NCBI GenBank assembly: GCA_965602015.1
Contig: OZ271918.1
Span: forward strand, 2,720,001-2,784,000
Source of the DNA: Salinispira sp.
Lineage (GTDB): Bacteria > Spirochaetota > Spirochaetia > DSM-27196 > Salinispiraceae
Reading direction: 5' to 3'
DNA length: 64,000 bases
Both the position numbers and the translations under genes were made by a program. Below are positions 40,820 to 49,316 of the stretch, in pieces (position 1 is the first letter of the stretch; every line of letters begins with the position of its first letter). The notes beneath the pieces are model-generated. The model ran no database searches, had not been told where the DNA came from, and saw only the letters and a list, made by a program, of their open reading frames with translations.

Positions 40820-42235
40820 ATGAATCCGTTTTTTTCCACCCCCAGTTTGATTCTCGCCGGCAGCATGCTGGGCCTAACAATGGGAATTACGCTTCTGGTA
40901 CACGGCACAATGACAAAAACCAGGATGGGGCATTGGTTTGGGACTGCACTGCTCCTCGTTTCGTTTGGTATTATTTCATTCCTGTTTGATGGCCGTTTGC
41001 CGGCTTTGGTTCAACAGCTTATTTCAACTGTTCCGCTTCTTGCCGGGTTTATGGTCTATGAGTTCGGGTTCAGTCATATTTTTCGCAGACCGCTTCGGCC
41101 TGCGGTTCCCCTGATTGCCCTTTCGCTAAGCATTCCATTGCTCGCAGCGGGAACCTTGATCTGGGATAGTTTTATTTTCCGCACAGTGGCGGTAAACAGC
41201 ATTCTCGTTTTTTACTTGATTCGGGTGTCGCTACTTTGCTTTGCCCAAGCGAGGGTACTACCCAAGACCGCGGTCCGTCTTTTTGGTTTTTTAAATCTTA
41301 TGCTGGCATTGGCTCCGCCGATCAGTCTTGCGTTTATTCTTGCGGATTCCCAGACCATCACGGTTAGTAATCATGGTTTTATCAATAGTTTTTACTTCTT
41401 TATGTTTTATTTGTGGATGTTTGTCCTGGTCGGCGGGTACTTTGAGTTTCGCGGCTTGGATAATCGGCAAGAGGACAAGACACAGCGGGATGCTGAAGAA
41501 CTCCTCCTTGATAATCAGCGGTTCCTGAACAGGGTAATCAGTCATGATTTGAACGGTCCCCTGAGCAGCCTGCACAATCTTCTTGTGGAACTGAGAGATT
41601 TACTTCGCGCCGGTCAAATACCCGAGAGTCAGTTTGTCGACGTTATGGTAGACGTCAGCCGTTCGAGTAATCGCCTTCTGCAAAATGTGAGCGATCTTGG
41701 CAAGTATCAGCTTCACCGGGCACTTCCCCGTCCAAGGGAAACCCTCCTTGCACCTTTACTGTGGTCGTCCATTGAATCGATGGAGGTCGAGGCTCAGCTT
41801 CGCAATATTGAAATAATTCAGGAGTTTCAGGAAGATTTATTGGTGCTGGCTGACCAACAGGGTTTACAGGCAGTGGTTCGCAATCTTCTTGAGTTCTTCA
41901 TCGATAGGAGTCCGAAAAACAGTTTTATTCTTCTTCAGGCCGTGCGAAGCAGGGATGATAAAACGCTCATCAATATCCGGATCAAAGATCAGGGCGATGC
42001 TCTCGCTCCGGATTTTATTTCTGATTTAGCAGAATATCTGAATAGACGTCATAATCTCTATTCGAAACAGGAAAATGCCTCAAGCATTGGATTGATGGTT
42101 ATGCTAACGGTCTGCAGAGAACTCAACTGGGATTTGATTTTTTCCAACTTGGATAATAATGAGGGAGTTCAGGCGGAACTTCGCATTCCCGCGTCAGGCA
42201 GTAGGCAAAGCGGGATGATCGACCCGGAGGTCTAA
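40820..42235 (+). CDS. Multi-TM sensor histidine-kinase-like protein with degenerate ATPase domain
   Basis: About 7 TMs and H-box SHDLNGPL. N and G boxes are degenerate (RNLLEFF, DQGDA, SSIGL). Confidence 0.7.
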   Translation: MNPFFSTPSLILAGSMLGLTMGITLLVHGTMTKTRMGHWFGTALLLVSFGIISFLFDGRLPALVQQLISTVPLLAGFMVYEFGFSHIFRRPLRPAVPLIALSLSIPLLAAGTLIWDSFIFRTVAVNSILVFYLIRVSLLCFAQARVLPKTAVRLFGFLNLMLALAPPISLAFILADSQTITVSNHGFINSFYFFMFYLWMFVLVGGYFEFRGLDNRQEDKTQRDAEELLLDNQRFLNRVISHDLNGPLSSLHNLLVELRDLLRAGQIPESQFVDVMVDVSRSSNRLLQNVSDLGKYQLHRALPRPRETLLAPLLWSSIESMEVEAQLRNIEIIQEFQEDLLVLADQQGLQAVVRNLLEFFIDRSPKNSFILLQAVRSRDDKTLINIRIKDQGDALAPDFISDLAEYLNRRHNLYSKQENASSIGLMVMLTVCRELNWDLIFSNLDNNEGVQAELRIPASGSRQSGMIDPEV

Positions 42236-42765
42236 TCACCCAGTATTATTACTTCTCCGATCACCGTTACTGCAACTTTTCCATCAACGAGCGCCTGACC
42301 GATCATCGATGCAAAATACCCGTCGAAGTCGAGTTTTTTCGCCAAGAGGGTGACTGTGCTGCCTGGCAGGATGGGCTCGAGATAATATGCGCCTGCGATT
42401 CGGGTGGCCCGGGCCGGGACTGGAACCGCATCGGATGCAATATCGGTTTTCCCCCGGGTCTCGAAATAGTACATGCATAGGCCGAGCTGACCGATCATCT
42501 CGAGGGTAAAATTCCCCGGATAGAGCGGAGCGCCGGGGAAATGTCCCTGAAATACCGGATCGCCGGGATCGATATAACGATCTCCGGCGATAAGTCCGGC
42601 ATCCAGGTCAAGACCGGTGATTCGGTCAATGAATAGCAGAGGTTCCCGATGGGGAATGATTTTCTCTATATCCTTTTTTCCATAGTCGCAGCTGACCGGT
42701 AGCGTAGACGGGTCGAACAGAGCTTTTTTTCGGAAACTGCGAAGCAGCTTATCGGGATCGTTCAT
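42232..42765 (-). CDS. 3-hydroxyacyl-ACP dehydratase (FabZ/FabA family)
   Basis: IPHREPLLFIDRI and FQGHFPGAPLYPG...E...Q. Confidence 0.88.
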   Translation of the reverse strand: MNDPDKLLRSFRKKALFDPSTLPVSCDYGKKDIEKIIPHREPLLFIDRITGLDLDAGLIAGDRYIDPGDPVFQGHFPGAPLYPGNFTLEMIGQLGLCMYYFETRGKTDIASDAVPVPARATRIAGAYYLEPILPGSTVTLLAKKLDFDGYFASMIGQALVDGKVAVTVIGEVIILGD

Positions 42766-42778
42766 TGTTGTCCGGTCC

Positions 42779-42845
42779 TTTTTTTTGCGCGCTCGTTTAA
42801 TTTTGCGCGATCATGTTTTTTGCGCAATCATGTTTTTGGCGCTTG
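42779..42845. repeat. Short degenerate tandem repeat TTTTGCGC(G/A)ATCATG (about 4 copies)
   Basis: ttttgcgcgctcg / ttttgcgcgatcatg / ttttgcgcaatcatg / tttggcgc in the gap between the AOS and dehydratase genes. Confidence 0.6.
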
Positions 42846-42885
42846 TACTATCATTCGGCACTTGAATTGTGCTTTACGGCGCAAA

Positions 42886-44142
42886 CTAGGCTTTAAGGCC
42901 CTTCGCGATGACGTCTTCCATTATGTTGAGTGCTGTATCCATATCTTCCCTGTTGAACTGGGATGAGACTGAGATCCGGAACCGTCGGGCATGGGCGGGA
43001 ACCGCCGGATAGTCAATGGGCTGGAGAAACAGTCCCCGCAGCTGCATTTCGGCGGCGAAGCGAAAGAGTTTTTCTCCGCTTGGCCCGATGATCACCGGGA
43101 TGACCTGGCTTTCGCTGTCGCCGATGTCCAGGCCCATAGCCTGTATGTTTTCCTTGAGGTAGCGGGTATTGGACCAAAGTTTATCCCGCAGGCTTGAATC
43201 TCTGGTAGCCACTTCCAGGGCCTTGATGAGTCCTGCTACAACAGGGGGGCTGGGGGCGCAGGAGAAATTCCAAGCGGATGCATATCCTTTGAGATAGCGG
43301 ACTATGGATGAATTTGAGGCGATGAATCCGCCGACTCCGCCGAAGCTCTTGCTCAGGGTTCCGTATGACATTCCCACCTTATCTTCAAGGCCGAAGTACT
43401 CGCCGATGCCCCCGCCATGGTCTCCGAACATGAGGGTTGAATGAGCCTCATCCAGGTAAACCGGTGTGTTGTACGCATCCGAGAGCTTGACGATTTCCGG
43501 GAGCTTGCAGAGATCCCCGTCCATTGAATACACGCCTTCGACGCAAATCAGTTTTCTCTTGTCTTTGAACTGCTCGAGCTTTTGCTCGAGGCTGTTCATA
43601 TCATTGTGATCGAAAAAGACCATCTTGGCGCCGGAAAGGGTTCCTCCGTCGATCAGGCTTTTATGGATTTTTTCATCGAAGATGACCACATCGCCTTTAC
43701 GGAGCAGTCCCTGGAGGGCGCCCACGTTTCCGCCGTATCCCGATGAGAATAAAAGGGCATCTTCCTTGCCTTTGAGTTTTGCCAGTTTTTTAGCGAACTC
43801 AAGGTGGAGATCCAATGTGCCCGATACAAGCGGTGCTCCGGAGGAACTCATGCCGTATTTATCCACCGCTTCCTTCACCGCTTCAAGCACTTCCGGATGA
43901 GTGGACAGACCCAGGTAATTATAGCTGGTCATGTTTATCATCTTCCGGCGTTTCCCATCCAGATTACTGAGTATTTCAGTCTCCGCGCTGGGCGCCTTCA
44001 ACAGGCTCTGTCCGGTAAAACTGAATGCAGTCTGAACTTCGGGATCCAGGAACCATTCCTCGAAATCCCGAGGCGGGTCCAGAACATTGGGACTGTCGTT
44101 ATAATGAAAATCCGCGAGACTAAAATCGGTAGCTTTTGCCAT
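42886..44142 (-). CDS. PLP-dependent alpha-oxoamine synthase (serine palmitoyltransferase-like)
   Basis: SYNYLGL, FSSGY, EGVYSMDGD, DEAHS and GTLSKSFG (PLP Lys). The Spt-like role is inferred from gene context. Confidence 0.8.
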   Translation of the reverse strand: MAKATDFSLADFHYNDSPNVLDPPRDFEEWFLDPEVQTAFSFTGQSLLKAPSAETEILSNLDGKRRKMINMTSYNYLGLSTHPEVLEAVKEAVDKYGMSSSGAPLVSGTLDLHLEFAKKLAKLKGKEDALLFSSGYGGNVGALQGLLRKGDVVIFDEKIHKSLIDGGTLSGAKMVFFDHNDMNSLEQKLEQFKDKRKLICVEGVYSMDGDLCKLPEIVKLSDAYNTPVYLDEAHSTLMFGDHGGGIGEYFGLEDKVGMSYGTLSKSFGGVGGFIASNSSIVRYLKGYASAWNFSCAPSPPVVAGLIKALEVATRDSSLRDKLWSNTRYLKENIQAMGLDIGDSESQVIPVIIGPSGEKLFRFAAEMQLRGLFLQPIDYPAVPAHARRFRISVSSQFNREDMDTALNIMEDVIAKGLKA

Positions 44143-44300
44143 GGTAATTCCTCATTTTGGGATAGATCCGGATGTGGGGTGGATGATGAGAAAGACGGGA
44201 TGATATCCAGGTATGACCGGAGGCCCCATCCCCTGCCGGAACGTCACCGTCCGGCGGAACGGAAATGATCCCGAGCCGCCGGTGGTGAAAGTGGAGCGTA

Positions 44301-44543
44301 CTACTCGACGTGCTCCATAAATTTGTCAGCGAGTCCGTCGATGTCACCGATGTCAGCCAGTTCGGAACGGGGGATCTTGATATCAAGGTCCCGCATTGAA
44401 CAGCTGACAACTTCGATAATATCGAGGCTGTTGGCGCCGTAATCCTTCATGGACTTGGAGGCGTCAATTTCATCCATTTCGATATCATCAAGATTATCGA
44501 CGATGTTTTTTTTGATGACTTCAATGACTTCGTTCTTCGTCAT
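44301..44543 (-). CDS. Acyl carrier protein, AcpK-like (beta-branching donor type)
   Basis: Acidic 80-aa protein with a GANSLD phosphopantetheine motif instead of GxDS. Confidence 0.88.
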   Translation of the reverse strand: MTKNEVIEVIKKNIVDNLDDIEMDEIDASKSMKDYGANSLDIIEVVSCSMRDLDIKIPRSELADIGDIDGLADKFMEHVE

Positions 44544-44610
44544 GATGTCTCTCCTCTATTAAATCCGTCTCAGTACGGCAAACTCACGGGCGAAAAACCC
44601 GTGGACCGAA

Positions 44611-45432
44611 TCAGGACGTTTGGTTCCGCTTCTCCTTCCAGAGGAGGAAGCGGTGCATGGTATTATCTGAAAAAGGATGGCCGTAGTCAACATTCACCAC
44701 CTGACCATTCATTCCGTCCATGTATCCGCTTGCAAAGGCGAATACCGCCTTTCCGCATTCGTCGGGAGTGAGAATGAGACTTTCATCCGCAAGCCCCTGC
44801 TCCCGAATGTAATCGAAAAACTCTTCCCCAAAAATGGCCGAGAAGCTTTCGGTTTTCACCTGTCCGAATCGAATGACATTAACCCGGGAACCCTCGGGCA
44901 GAAGATGGGCGGCCATATACTTGCCGAAAAATTCCAACAATGCCTTGGAGGCCGCGACATAATCATACCCCGGATAAAAATGATCGGGGCCGTCGCTCGA
45001 TATGCCGATTACCTTCGCCGGATATCTGCCGAATTTCGCCTTTATTTTCCGGGTGTATTCAATCATCGGCCAGGTTGAGTAGTCCAGGGTTTTATACAGG
45101 CTTCGTTTTTTGTATGCGTCGAGATTCTTCATGGTTGCCGCATAGCCCACATTGCTGATAAATATGTCGATGCCTTCGGCAATCCCGGCGGCTTTCTCGA
45201 GCAATGCGTCAGTATCATCATCGTGGGAAACATCAGCCTGAACCAACAGCGGTTCCGGTGCCCCGGCATCGGAAAACTGCTTCTTTAATTCGTCCATGTC
45301 CGCCGATCCCCATTTATAGGTGAGGATCGTTTGGGCGCCGGCCTTCCCGAAATAGAGGGCCGATGCCAGACCGATGCCCTTGGTGCCGCCGGTAATCAGA
45401 ACTGTTTTTCCGCTCATGTCTATTGTAATCAT
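44611..45432 (-). CDS. SDR, probable enoyl-ACP reductase (FabL/FabI-like)
   Basis: TGGTKGIG and a Y-x6-K arrangement (YDYVAASK). Confidence 0.7.
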   Translation of the reverse strand: MITIDMSGKTVLITGGTKGIGLASALYFGKAGAQTILTYKWGSADMDELKKQFSDAGAPEPLLVQADVSHDDDTDALLEKAAGIAEGIDIFISNVGYAATMKNLDAYKKRSLYKTLDYSTWPMIEYTRKIKAKFGRYPAKVIGISSDGPDHFYPGYDYVAASKALLEFFGKYMAAHLLPEGSRVNVIRFGQVKTESFSAIFGEEFFDYIREQGLADESLILTPDECGKAVFAFASGYMDGMNGQVVNVDYGHPFSDNTMHRFLLWKEKRNQTS

Positions 45433-45549
45433 GTTTTCTCCTCTCAGGCCTAATCTCCGCCCCGGCGCTGAGCCTCGCTATGATTTGCGGGCTTAGCCCA
45501 TCGCAGACGGATACATCAATAATTTTGCCGTTGCAGTATAGAGATTTTT

Positions 45550-46362
45550 TTAGCCAGCGTACAAATCGTCGATTATTTTTTTGGTTTCCGGATATCCGAA
45601 ACTCAGCGCATGCATCATATCCTCCTGAAGGCGGGCTTCGATGAGCAGCTTTTTTTTCACTGCTGCCAGGGAGTACTTAAGCAATTGCACAGATTTGGGA
45701 TTTTTTTCGGCGATCTGAATGGCGATATCCCGGGCTTTTTCCAGCACCTCGGAGCGCGGAAGAATGTAATTGATATTGGTGGATTTTTCCGCCAGCTCCC
45801 GTCCCTTGTACCGCTTCCCGGTAAACATCATTTCATTCGCAATGTAGGATCCCACGGCCTGCTGAAGCAGGGTGGTGGTTCCCATTCCCGGGGTGAATCC
45901 CATGTTCATAAACACCGTTCCATACCGGGCCTCGCGGGCGGCGATGATTATGTCGGAGCACAGTCCGATGACAAAGCCCCCTCCCATCGCATGTCCTTCC
46001 ATGGCGGAAATCACGGGAAACCGGCAGTTGATAAGCCGCTCGGAAATCACCAAATCCCGCACAACGATTTTACCGCTTGCCAGCTCCATAAGGCTGTCCT
46101 TGTCAGCACCGCCGGAAAATGTGCTGTCCAGCCCACGGAGAATCAAAACCCGGGGATTCGATTCTTCAATTTCATCGAGGGCCAGGAGAAAGTCGGCGAC
46201 AAAATCATGGGAGAATACATTCTGCCCGGGAACATCATGCATGAACAGGGTCGCAATTTCCCTCTCGTCGATTGCCCAGGAGACCCGGCCGTAGCGCTCG
46301 TGAAGCTCCTCGGCTGAACTCCCCTCCTGGTATTCGCTTATTTCTGCTTTTTTGCTCATCAT
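45550..46362 (-). CDS. ECH2 decarboxylase (PksI-like)
   Basis: GHAMGGGFVIGLCSD, FMNMGFTPGMGTT and C-terminal EDMMH. Confidence 0.85.
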   Translation of the reverse strand: MMSKKAEISEYQEGSSAEELHERYGRVSWAIDEREIATLFMHDVPGQNVFSHDFVADFLLALDEIEESNPRVLILRGLDSTFSGGADKDSLMELASGKIVVRDLVISERLINCRFPVISAMEGHAMGGGFVIGLCSDIIIAAREARYGTVFMNMGFTPGMGTTTLLQQAVGSYIANEMMFTGKRYKGRELAEKSTNINYILPRSEVLEKARDIAIQIAEKNPKSVQLLKYSLAAVKKKLLIEARLQEDMMHALSFGYPETKKIIDDLYAG

Positions 46363-47324
46363 TGCATTCCTTTTCCCGATATGGGATTCTCCGGCTTGAA
46401 CCGGGCGAACCACCCGGGAGCCTCTCCGTTGGCAAATGCTTCAAGCCCCGAAAGCACCGCAGGATCTTCCATCCGCGTTAACAGAGCGTCTCTACCTTGC
46501 GAGAGTTTGCTTTCAAAGCTGCTGTCTATCGCAGCAGAGAAAAAGTCCTTGGCGGAGGCCAGGGCCCCGGGTTCGGCGCGCATCATGGTCTTGATTGTGA
46601 TTTTCGCTTTTCGTTCGATCTGATCCGCGGGGTAGACCTCATCTGCCAGTCCGTAATCCCTCGCCCGTTCGGCTCCGATGCGCTGAGCGCTGAGAACGAG
46701 ATAGCGAAATCGCTGAGGGTTCATCCTCAGGGAGAACACATAGGGAAGCACATTGTAGGGAACAAGTCCGAACAGCACTTCCGACAGTTCCCAACTTGCG
46801 GTTTCCGACGCGATAACCACATCACAGGCGGCGGCAAGCCCCACCCCCCCGGCCTTTACGTCACCCTCGACCAGTGCGATTACCGGTTTCCCGCCTTTCA
46901 TTATTCGGGCCAGCAGCCGGGCATATGCATCAACCGCCTTCCGACGCAGTGCGACCGGGTCGCCGGACGATGGATCATTCGGGTCGCCGGCCGACGGATC
47001 ATTTGTGTCGCCGGCCGCCGGAGCATTCTGGCTGCCCGCCGCCGGAGCATCGGGGTCGCCGGGCGCAGCGGCAGCGCTATTGGAGCCCTCGCCCTGTTCT
47101 TCAAGGCTTTGCTGAAGATTATCCAGATCCATTCCGAGACAAAAGCTTTCCTCTCCGGATCGTATCAGGATTAGTTTGACCCGCGGATTGTTTAAGGACG
47201 ACTCAATTTCGGCAGACAGGGCCGCAATGCCGTCGTAGTTTAAACGATTTCCCCGCCCATCGGACATGTGAATAACCGCAAGCCCGCTATCTTCATAGGA
47301 GCTGACGGTTTTAGGCGAAGTCAT
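46359..47324 (-). CDS. ECH1 dehydratase (PksH-like)
   Basis: FCLGMD, GDVKAGGVGLAAACD and LSEVLFGLVPYNVLP. Confidence 0.85.
   Translation of the reverse strand: MTSPKTVSSYEDSGLAVIHMSDGRGNRLNYDGIAALSAEIESSLNNPRVKLILIRSGEESFCLGMDLDNLQQSLEEQGEGSNSAAAAPGDPDAPAAGSQNAPAAGDTNDPSAGDPNDPSSGDPVALRRKAVDAYARLLARIMKGGKPVIALVEGDVKAGGVGLAAACDVVIASETASWELSEVLFGLVPYNVLPYVFSLRMNPQRFRYLVLSAQRIGAERARDYGLADEVYPADQIERKAKITIKTMMRAEPGALASAKDFFSAAIDSSFESKLSQGRDALLTRMEDPAVLSGLEAFANGEAPGWFARFKPENPISGKGMQ
46957..47076. repeat. 24-bp in-frame tandem repeat x5 inside ECH1
   Basis: GGGTCGCCGGNCGNYGGATCATTY-like units at 46957, 46981, 47005, 47029 and 47053, encoding AGDPNDPS-like octapeptides. Confidence 0.8.
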
Positions 47325-48534
47325 AGCTGCGGTACCAGTCCTTCACCGCCTTGAGAACCAGAAGCCCCGAGCCCTGGTAATGTTTTTTGTACCAGCCGTC
47401 GAGAACCGTGAAGTCTGGTTCAAAATCGGGATTTTCGATATAGGTTTCCCGCAGTTTTTCTAGTTCTTCGTATTCCTCGACGCTGCATACCCGCCGGGCG
47501 TCGAGCTTTTGGTCTATTTTCATTTTTGCCAGTTCGGCCTTTGCGCCGGGAAGTACTTTGCCCGAATAGAATTCGCCGATAGCCCCGGATCCGTAGGCAA
47601 ACAGGGCGATGTCCTTGCCCTCCACATCGTCGGCATGGTTCACCAGTGCCGCCAGCCCCGTGAGATTGCTGGTGCCGTATGTCGATCCCACCCGCCGGCT
47701 GTAATCCAGAGCGGGCAATACCCGGGCATTAAAGTCTACCTTGAGCTCAGCCTTCTTTTTTGGAGCATTTTCCCGGGTCAGGGCCCGATGGGCCTGGAAG
47801 GCGATTCCCGGAAAGGGGGTGTGGTACACGAAATAGGCGAAATCCTTGTCGAAGTCGGTGGATCCGGCATTTCGCTGGTAATCCTCATATGCTCCCTGGA
47901 CCGCATCCATGTAGGAGAACAGGCTTACTTCATTGTTTCCCACTTCTGCCTGAGCGGAGGGACGGAAGGTATCGTAGATGTCGGTTGTCCAGGATCCCTT
48001 CTTCTCGGGATAGTATTCGAGTATTTTCGGCGTATCGGAGATTAGCGCCGCCGCTGCACATCCGCCGAGCACAAATTCTTCCATGAGGCCCAGATGCTGC
48101 CGGGAAAAATCAGTGGCGATAACCAGGGCTTTTTTTCCTTTATTGAGCCCGGAAGCGATCCAGTTCACCGCCGCATCGATTCCCGCAACCCCGGAGTAGC
48201 AGGCGAACTTCGTTTCGAAGTTGCGGACGTTTGATCCCAGGCCGAGGGCGCGGTGTATGTTTGTCGATATGGGTTTACCGAAATCAACCGAACCTTCGGT
48301 ACCGACGATGAGCATGCCGATATCCTTTTTATCTTCCTCGCTCAGTATGGCAAGGGCGGCATTGGCCCCCATGGTTACGGTATCTTCCCAGGCCGGATTG
48401 AGGCTTCGGGTTTCGATGAGATAGTCGTTTTTGATCTGCTCGGGATCCCTGCCCCGGGCAACGGCCAGGTCGGCCTGATTGAGACACATGGATGTGCCGT
48501 ACATGTTCAGCTTTTCTATGCCTACTCTATTCAT
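47311..48534 (-). CDS. HMG-CoA/HMG-ACP synthase (PksG-like)
   Basis: VGIE, EDTVTM, ETKFACYSG (Cys), YHTPF (His) and FAYGSG. RBS CAGGAG before the ATG at 48534. Confidence 0.9.
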   Translation of the reverse strand: MNRVGIEKLNMYGTSMCLNQADLAVARGRDPEQIKNDYLIETRSLNPAWEDTVTMGANAALAILSEEDKKDIGMLIVGTEGSVDFGKPISTNIHRALGLGSNVRNFETKFACYSGVAGIDAAVNWIASGLNKGKKALVIATDFSRQHLGLMEEFVLGGCAAAALISDTPKILEYYPEKKGSWTTDIYDTFRPSAQAEVGNNEVSLFSYMDAVQGAYEDYQRNAGSTDFDKDFAYFVYHTPFPGIAFQAHRALTRENAPKKKAELKVDFNARVLPALDYSRRVGSTYGTSNLTGLAALVNHADDVEGKDIALFAYGSGAIGEFYSGKVLPGAKAELAKMKIDQKLDARRVCSVEEYEELEKLRETYIENPDFEPDFTVLDGWYKKHYQGSGLLVLKAVKDWYRSYDFA

Positions 48535-48572
48535 GCTTTGCTCCTGTATGTTCACGCTCCAGAGACAAGGTC

Positions 48573-49316
48573 CTATGGGGCGTAGGTAAGTCCGGCGGCA
48601 ACCCGTATGTCCTCGCCGGTAATAAATCCCGCCTCATCGGTGGAGAGGTAGTATACCGCGGAGGCAATTTCTTCTGCGGTGCCCACTCTCCGGGCGGGGC
48701 AGTGCTTGACCCAATAGTCTTTAAGCTGATGAGCCATGTTATCGTCTGTCATGTCTGTAGGAACGAAGCCTACGGTTACGATGTTGCTGGTTATGCCCTT
48801 TTTCCCGTATTCCTTGGCGATGGTGAGGCTCATCCCGTGAAGACCCGCTTTGGCCGCCGCGTAATTGACCTGTCCGCTTGAACCGTAGGCCGCCAGGGAA
48901 GACACATGGACAAGCCGGCCCTTTCTGTTGGAGAGGAAGTGGAGGAGAAAACTTCTGGACACAATAAACGGCGCGGTCAGGTCAACATCGATAACGGTCT
49001 TCCACTCCTCGTCGCTCATCAGGGCAGCCGCGTTGTCCCTGAGAGTGGCGGCGTTGTTTACCACAGCGGTCACGCTGCCGAAGTCTTTGATGGCGTTTTC
49101 GCACACTTCTTCAATGGCGTGGTGGTCTACCAGGTCGAGCTGGTAGGATCGGATGTCGGCATCGGAACGCAGTTCCTTGGCCTGGGCTATAGTCTCGTCG
49201 GCGGCTTTACTGTTGGATGCGTAGGTAAAACCCACGTCCCATCCCTCTGAAATAAAACGGAGCACGATGGCCCGCCCGATTCCCCGGGATCCCCCGGTAA
49301 TAAATGCTGCGGGCAT
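48573..49316 (-). CDS. 3-oxoacyl-ACP reductase (FabG-like SDR)
   Basis: TGGSRGIG, NNA and GQVNYAAAK. TAATG overlap with the KS stop. Confidence 0.88.
   Translation of the reverse strand: MPAAFITGGSRGIGRAIVLRFISEGWDVGFTYASNSKAADETIAQAKELRSDADIRSYQLDLVDHHAIEEVCENAIKDFGSVTAVVNNAATLRDNAAALMSDEEWKTVIDVDLTAPFIVSRSFLLHFLSNRKGRLVHVSSLAAYGSSGQVNYAAAKAGLHGMSLTIAKEYGKKGITSNIVTVGFVPTDMTDDNMAHQLKDYWVKHCPARRVGTAEEIASAVYYLSTDEAGFITGEDIRVAAGLTYAP

Noticed and set aside
44585..44603. Hairpin CACGGG-N7-CCCGTG between the SDR and ACP genes as a terminator
   Set aside because: Short stem without a clear U-tract, so at most an mRNA stability element.
47311..48534. Mevalonate-pathway role for the HMG synthase
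   Set aside because: No HMG-CoA reductase or mevalonate kinases nearby. Its neighbours are ECH1, ECH2, KS and a GANS-type ACP.
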